This document shows, one piece after another, positions 55,202 to 59,352 of a stretch of DNA of 59,352 bases. The stretch is taken from positions 1 through 59,352 of the IMG/VR virus record IMGVR_UViG_3300043415_000084, one strand, 5' to 3'. Positions within the stretch are counted from its first letter, which is position 1. Every line of letters starts with the position of its first letter. The notes under the pieces were generated by a model. It saw only the letters and a list, made by a program, of their open reading frames with translations, did not search any database and had not been told where the DNA came from. The DNA comes from a virus. Lineage: Duplodnaviria; Caudoviricetes. The position numbers and the translations under genes were made by a program.

Positions 55202-55542
55202 TGCCGATCTTTCTTGACACCACTGGTAATGCCTCACTTGCAATCGCGGTATGCGATCGCTGCAAGATGAAGCGTTTTTATTCGGTGATGCGCAAAGATC
55301 CGAACTTTCCCGGGCTCCGCGTGTGCGACCAGGGGTGTGCGGATCAATTCGACCCGTACAGACTTCCGGCCAGAAAGACTGAACGCATTAACTTGCGTTT
55401 TCCTCGTCCGGACGTCTCGGTGGCGGATTCGAACGAATACTTGGTTACGAGCACGGGGAATAATCTGCAGATCTCTTCTACGCAGAATAACAATACCCCG
55501 GGCAATAACGGAAATATCAACCCCTTGACTCCGAGCACCTGA
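55201..55542 (+). CDS. Cys-rich structural-region protein
   Basis: CDRC...GLRVC..C.DQFDPY.L...PRPD. Confidence 0.65.
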   Translation: MPIFLDTTGNASLAIAVCDRCKMKRFYSVMRKDPNFPGLRVCDQGCADQFDPYRLPARKTERINLRFPRPDVSVADSNEYLVTSTGNNLQISSTQNNNTPGNNGNINPLTPST

Positions 55543-55543
55543 T

Positions 55544-57733
55544 ATGGCCGCACAAATCCCCATTAATCAGCTCCCGCCAGCGGGTCCAATTACAGGTCAA
55601 GAATTAGTTCCCATTGTTCAGAATGGGCAAACAGTCCAAACGACGACGTTTGATATTTCCTCTACGCCGAGCCAGACGCAATCGTTCCTTACTGTAAATC
55701 AGGAGCTTTCGCTACCTAATAGTCGATATTTAGCGGTAAATACTGGGCTTGGACTTACGGACGGTGGCGCTACTTCTTTCCTCCGGATATCGCTCAATGG
55801 AGCTTCTGGATCTTTAGAGTCTGCCAGTAACGGGTTAATCGTAAAGACTGCTTCAAACTCGGTAACTTCAAGGCTATTAAATACTTCAGGAGTTGGTCTA
55901 AGTATCTCCAACGCCAATGGGGTGAGTGGCGATCCGACTTTGTCACTCTCGGGACTAGCTTCCGCTTTCGCGAATCTTGGTGGCTCGGGGATCCCCTACG
56001 TTAACTCCGGGACTACCGTCGGTCTACGACAATTGCTAGGAACAGCGAATCAAATTGATGTTACGAACGGGACTGGAGTGGCTGGTGACCCAACCATTTC
56101 GATCGTTTCAGATGCTGTTTTACCCGGCACTGGAGCAGTAACTTTCCCAAAAGGTACGACCGCCGAAAGACCAGGGGGCATAAATGGTCAATTTCGGTAC
56201 AACACTACGACCGGGGTATTTGAAGGATATGCGAATGGATCTTGGGGCGCGGTTACTACCGGGGGTGTCGGGGTAACATCGATCATTCTCGGCAATGGTT
56301 TGAGTGGTACTCCCAATCCGATCACGTCGTCTGGTACGATCACGATTGATACGACGATCGTCGCTACTTTAGCAGACACCCAAACGCTTACCAACAAAAC
56401 CATTAGCGGTTCGAGCAATACGCTTAGCAATATCGGTAACGCTAGTCTCACCAATAGCTCGTTGACTTACAACGGCGTTACAGTTTCGCTAGGTGGCGCT
56501 GGCACTATTACCGCCGCTAATCCCAATGCACTCACCGTAGGTACGGGCTTGCAGCTTGACTCCGGGACTACTTACGACGGCTCGGCTGCCAGGACTATTT
56601 CGCTTACTAATACGTCGATTACGATCGGCTCAACAAGTATTTCTCTTGGTGGTACTAGCCTTACACTTGCAGGCCTTTCTTCAGTCACGGTTACGGCAGA
56701 TCCAACCACGGCGCTTCAGTTAGCAACCAAGCAATACGTTGATGGCTTGGCGTCAACAGGGTTGATCTATCACTCACCGGCGCAAGTGGCCACAACGCAA
56801 TCCCTGGCTGCGCAAACGGGCGGGTCTGTAACTTACAACAACGGATCTTCAGGCGTCGGCGCAACCCTGACACTCGGTATCGCGTTGACAACGCTTGATG
56901 GCTATAGCCTTGTCAATGGCGATCGGATACTTGTCAAGAACGAGACCACGCAAGCCTATAACGGTGTATACACATGGGCTACAGGTGGTACGGTCCTTAC
57001 ACGCTCAACGGACACCGATAGCTACGGGACTGGCACTGGCGATATCAGCGAAAACGATTACTTCTTTATTCAAAATGGCACGGTAAACAAGGGCTCGTCT
57101 TATGTCTGCACGACAGCAGGCACGATTGTCTTTGGCACCACGGCCATTACGTTTGCCCAGTTCAGTACCTCCCAGGTCTATACCGGCACGTCGCCCATCC
57201 AAGTATCTGGGACGACTATCTCGCTTAATACGGTGCCTGTGGCTTCGGGCGGAACCAACATAACAAGCTACGCAACGGGCGACATGCTTTATGCGTCGGC
57301 CTCTACAACGCTTGCAAAGCTCACGCTGGGCACGTTGGGTTATGTCATGACCGCAGGGGCCTCAGCGCCTCAATATGTGGCTCAGAGCACCCTTTCCGTA
57401 GGCACGGCAACCAATATTGCGGGTGGCGCTGCCGGATCGCTGCCCTACAACAGCGCTTCGGGCACAACGACGTTCTTGAGCCTGGGCACAACCAACTATG
57501 TCCTTACTGCTGGCGCAAGTGCGCCCCAGTATGTCGCGCAGAGCACGCTGTCGGTAGGCAGTGCAACAAACGCCACAAATACAGCAATCACGGCAAACTC
57601 AACGAATGCAACCAATTACTTGACGTTCGTATCTGCCACTACTGGAAACTTGCCCCAATTGGTAAACTCATCCATATCTTGCAACCCCAGCACTGGGCAA
57701 GTAACCGGTGGGATCTCTGGCGGCGCTTTCTGA
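55544..57733 (+). CDS. Tail fibre protein
   Basis: GTTAERP...G.FRYNTT..FEGY, ATKQYVD, GDRILVKNE...NGVY; internal YV.TAGASAPQYVAQSTLSVG duplication. Confidence 0.75.
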   Translation: MAAQIPINQLPPAGPITGQELVPIVQNGQTVQTTTFDISSTPSQTQSFLTVNQELSLPNSRYLAVNTGLGLTDGGATSFLRISLNGASGSLESASNGLIVKTASNSVTSRLLNTSGVGLSISNANGVSGDPTLSLSGLASAFANLGGSGIPYVNSGTTVGLRQLLGTANQIDVTNGTGVAGDPTISIVSDAVLPGTGAVTFPKGTTAERPGGINGQFRYNTTTGVFEGYANGSWGAVTTGGVGVTSIILGNGLSGTPNPITSSGTITIDTTIVATLADTQTLTNKTISGSSNTLSNIGNASLTNSSLTYNGVTVSLGGAGTITAANPNALTVGTGLQLDSGTTYDGSAARTISLTNTSITIGSTSISLGGTSLTLAGLSSVTVTADPTTALQLATKQYVDGLASTGLIYHSPAQVATTQSLAAQTGGSVTYNNGSSGVGATLTLGIALTTLDGYSLVNGDRILVKNETTQAYNGVYTWATGGTVLTRSTDTDSYGTGTGDISENDYFFIQNGTVNKGSSYVCTTAGTIVFGTTAITFAQFSTSQVYTGTSPIQVSGTTISLNTVPVASGGTNITSYATGDMLYASASTTLAKLTLGTLGYVMTAGASAPQYVAQSTLSVGTATNIAGGAAGSLPYNSASGTTTFLSLGTTNYVLTAGASAPQYVAQSTLSVGSATNATNTAITANSTNATNYLTFVSATTGNLPQLVNSSISCNPSTGQVTGGISGGAF

Positions 57734-57742
57734 GGAAAAAAC

Positions 57743-58270
57743 ATGGCACAAACTGGTTACACCCCGATATTGATCTATGCCAGCGGCACCGCTAGTAATA
57801 CCCCTTCAGCCGCCAATCTGACGAGTAGCGCATCAGGCGCTGAGCTTGCGCTCAATTACACAGACGGCAAGCTTTACTACAAGGACAACGCAGGGGCTGT
57901 ACAGTTACTTGCAAGTAAGGCCGGTGCATCAGGAAGCGTAACGTCGGTCGCCCAAACCTTCACGGGTGGCATTATTTCAGTGGCTGGCTCTCCAATCACC
58001 ACGAGCGGAACGCTTGCCCTGACAGTGGCGGGAACCTCGGGTGGGGTTCCTTATTTCTCGAGCGCGTCAGCCTGGGCGTCTTCGGGTGCTTTGACGCAAT
58101 ACGGCGTTGTCTTAGGTGGTGGCGCAGGTGCTGCACCTACATCAACCTCTGCCGGTACTTCTGGGCAGGTTTTGACTTCAAATGGCTCAGGTTCGCCTCC
58201 TACGTTTCAAACGGCTTCAGGTATTTCCACTGGTAAAAGTATCGCTATGGCGATGATTTTCGGGTTCTAA
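57743..58270 (+). CDS. Tail fibre-associated protein
   Basis: ELALN..DGKLYYKD, GTSGQVLTSNG, GKSIAMAMIFG. Confidence 0.65.
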   Translation: MAQTGYTPILIYASGTASNTPSAANLTSSASGAELALNYTDGKLYYKDNAGAVQLLASKAGASGSVTSVAQTFTGGIISVAGSPITTSGTLALTVAGTSGGVPYFSSASAWASSGALTQYGVVLGGGAGAAPTSTSAGTSGQVLTSNGSGSPPTFQTASGISTGKSIAMAMIFGF

Positions 58271-58280
58271 GGAATAGATC

Positions 58281-58694
58281 ATGGCAAATCCAAATATTGT
58301 AAACGTCACAACGATCAACGGCAATACTGCGTATGTGACCCCTTCAACTACCAGCGTATCAACGTCATGGACTTGCGACGGTACGACTGCAATTACCGGC
58401 CTTACGCCCACAAGCACTGGCAATGTGGTGAACCGAGTTACTTCAATTGTGGTTAGTAACACCACGTCTAGTGCTGCAACGGCGACGGTTGCGATTGCAA
58501 ATAACGCCACGTTTGGTAGCGGTACAGCTTACAACATTGCTTATCAGATCAGTGTTCCGGCCAATACTACGTTGATTGTGACTGACAAGACCACGAGCTT
58601 TTATGTAACACAAAACCAGTCAGTTGGCGTCACTTCAGGCACTGCATCAGCTTTGACTTTTGTTGCGACGTTTGAAGCCATTACATCTACCTGA
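58281..58694 (+). CDS. Tail fibre-associated structural protein
   Basis: MANPNIVNVTTI.G.T..ISVPAN.TL motif. Confidence 0.65.
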   Translation: MANPNIVNVTTINGNTAYVTPSTTSVSTSWTCDGTTAITGLTPTSTGNVVNRVTSIVVSNTTSSAATATVAIANNATFGSGTAYNIAYQISVPANTTLIVTDKTTSFYVTQNQSVGVTSGTASALTFVATFEAITST

Positions 58695-58706
58695 TAAGGG
58701 TCCGCT

Positions 58707-59352
58707 ATGGCAATGCGCTATCCCGGTGGCTTGATTGCCACCTCCCCGGTCAATGCTGCCTACCCTTCGGGTGTCTGGACGCAATCCCAGACTATTCCTT
58801 ATGCCTCACAGAACGTCTGGCAGCGGGATCAGTATTGGCCCTATACCACCCTGCTGCTTCAAGGCAACGGGACAAACGGAGCGCAAAACAACACCTTCCT
58901 AGACTCGTCAAGCAACACCTTCACCATTACCCGCAACGGGAACACCACCCAAGGCTCGTTCACGCCTTATGAAGCTAACGGGTATTGGAGTAATTATTTT
59001 GATGGAAGCGGTGATTTTCTTTCAATAGCATACAACGCAAATTTAAACCCATCTTCTGGAACCTCGTTTACTGGAGAGGCTTGGGTTTATCCTTTAACGT
59101 CAGGTGCAAATTTCGTTATTTTTGGTCAAAACACAGGCGGAACATATGTTTGGGCTGCGCGTGTAATTAGCGGTGTTTTGTACATGGGGATGGATGCCGC
59201 GCAAGAGGTAAATTGCGGGACTTTGCCGGTCAATGCGTGGACGCATGTAGCCATGTGTTACGACAATTCGGGAACAATTCTTCGATGCTATGTCAACGGA
59301 GTACAGGCAGGTACATACTCCTCGCCAACTATTACAACGTCTTCAACTAATT
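58707..59352 (+). CDS. 5' part of the LamG tail-fibre gene continuing into 1-1643
   Basis: MAMRYPGG..DQYW.YTTLLL.GNGTNG.QNNTF.DSS; open to the end of the window and in frame through the repeat. Confidence 0.85.
   Translation, partial: MAMRYPGGLIATSPVNAAYPSGVWTQSQTIPYASQNVWQRDQYWPYTTLLLQGNGTNGAQNNTFLDSSSNTFTITRNGNTTQGSFTPYEANGYWSNYFDGSGDFLSIAYNANLNPSSGTSFTGEAWVYPLTSGANFVIFGQNTGGTYVWAARVISGVLYMGMDAAQEVNCGTLPVNAWTHVAMCYDNSGTILRCYVNGVQAGTYSSPTITTSSTN
59161..59352. repeat. Terminal direct repeat / circular overlap (copy 2)
   Basis: Matches 1-192 with one substitution. Confidence 0.95.

Noticed and set aside
1-59352. Numerous minus-strand and alternate-frame ORFs in the track
   Set aside because: They shadow well-supported + strand genes in GC-rich sequence and show no recognisable motifs
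1-59352. tRNA genes, integrase/repressor lysogeny module, DNA methyltransferases
   Set aside because: None recognised by eye; tRNAscan-SE and HMM searches would be needed to exclude them formally
59161-59352. Biological fixed direct terminal repeat of the virion DNA
   Set aside because: It falls mid-gene in a tail fibre, more consistent with assembly circularisation; read-terminus analysis is needed

Overview
The window is an apparently complete ~59.16 kb tailed dsDNA phage genome. Bases 1-192 recur at 59161-59352 with one mismatch, and a LamG tail-fibre gene reads through that junction. Essentially all credible genes are on the + strand. The layout is podovirus-like: tail fibres, lysis genes, tail adaptor/nozzle and large internal (ejection-type) proteins (1-19.8 kb); a replication/early region (20.3-41.2 kb); and terminase, portal, GroES-like protein, scaffold, capsid and tail genes (41.7-59.3 kb). 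The early region encodes a complete 2-aminoadenine (Z-base) pathway: a family-A polymerase of DpoZ type, PurZ (GSTGKG), a MazZ-like pyrophosphatase and a DatZ-like HD hydrolase. Less familiar features: (i) a separately promoted operon with an intact Zn-dependent HDAC-family deacetylase overlapping a gene that has a GNAT-like motif and a C-terminal YxxGG tag; (ii) a [YFMLK]xxGG motif shared by several unrelated, mostly head-module proteins; (iii) two ~255-bp inverted non-coding elements, each with 12 GTTCCA/TGGAAC boxes, bracketing the replication region; (iv) two arrays of small genes joined by conserved junction repeats; (v) a near-consensus sigma70 promoter set with a fixed ATAGAGGA RBS. All calls come from reading motifs by eye; no database searches were run.
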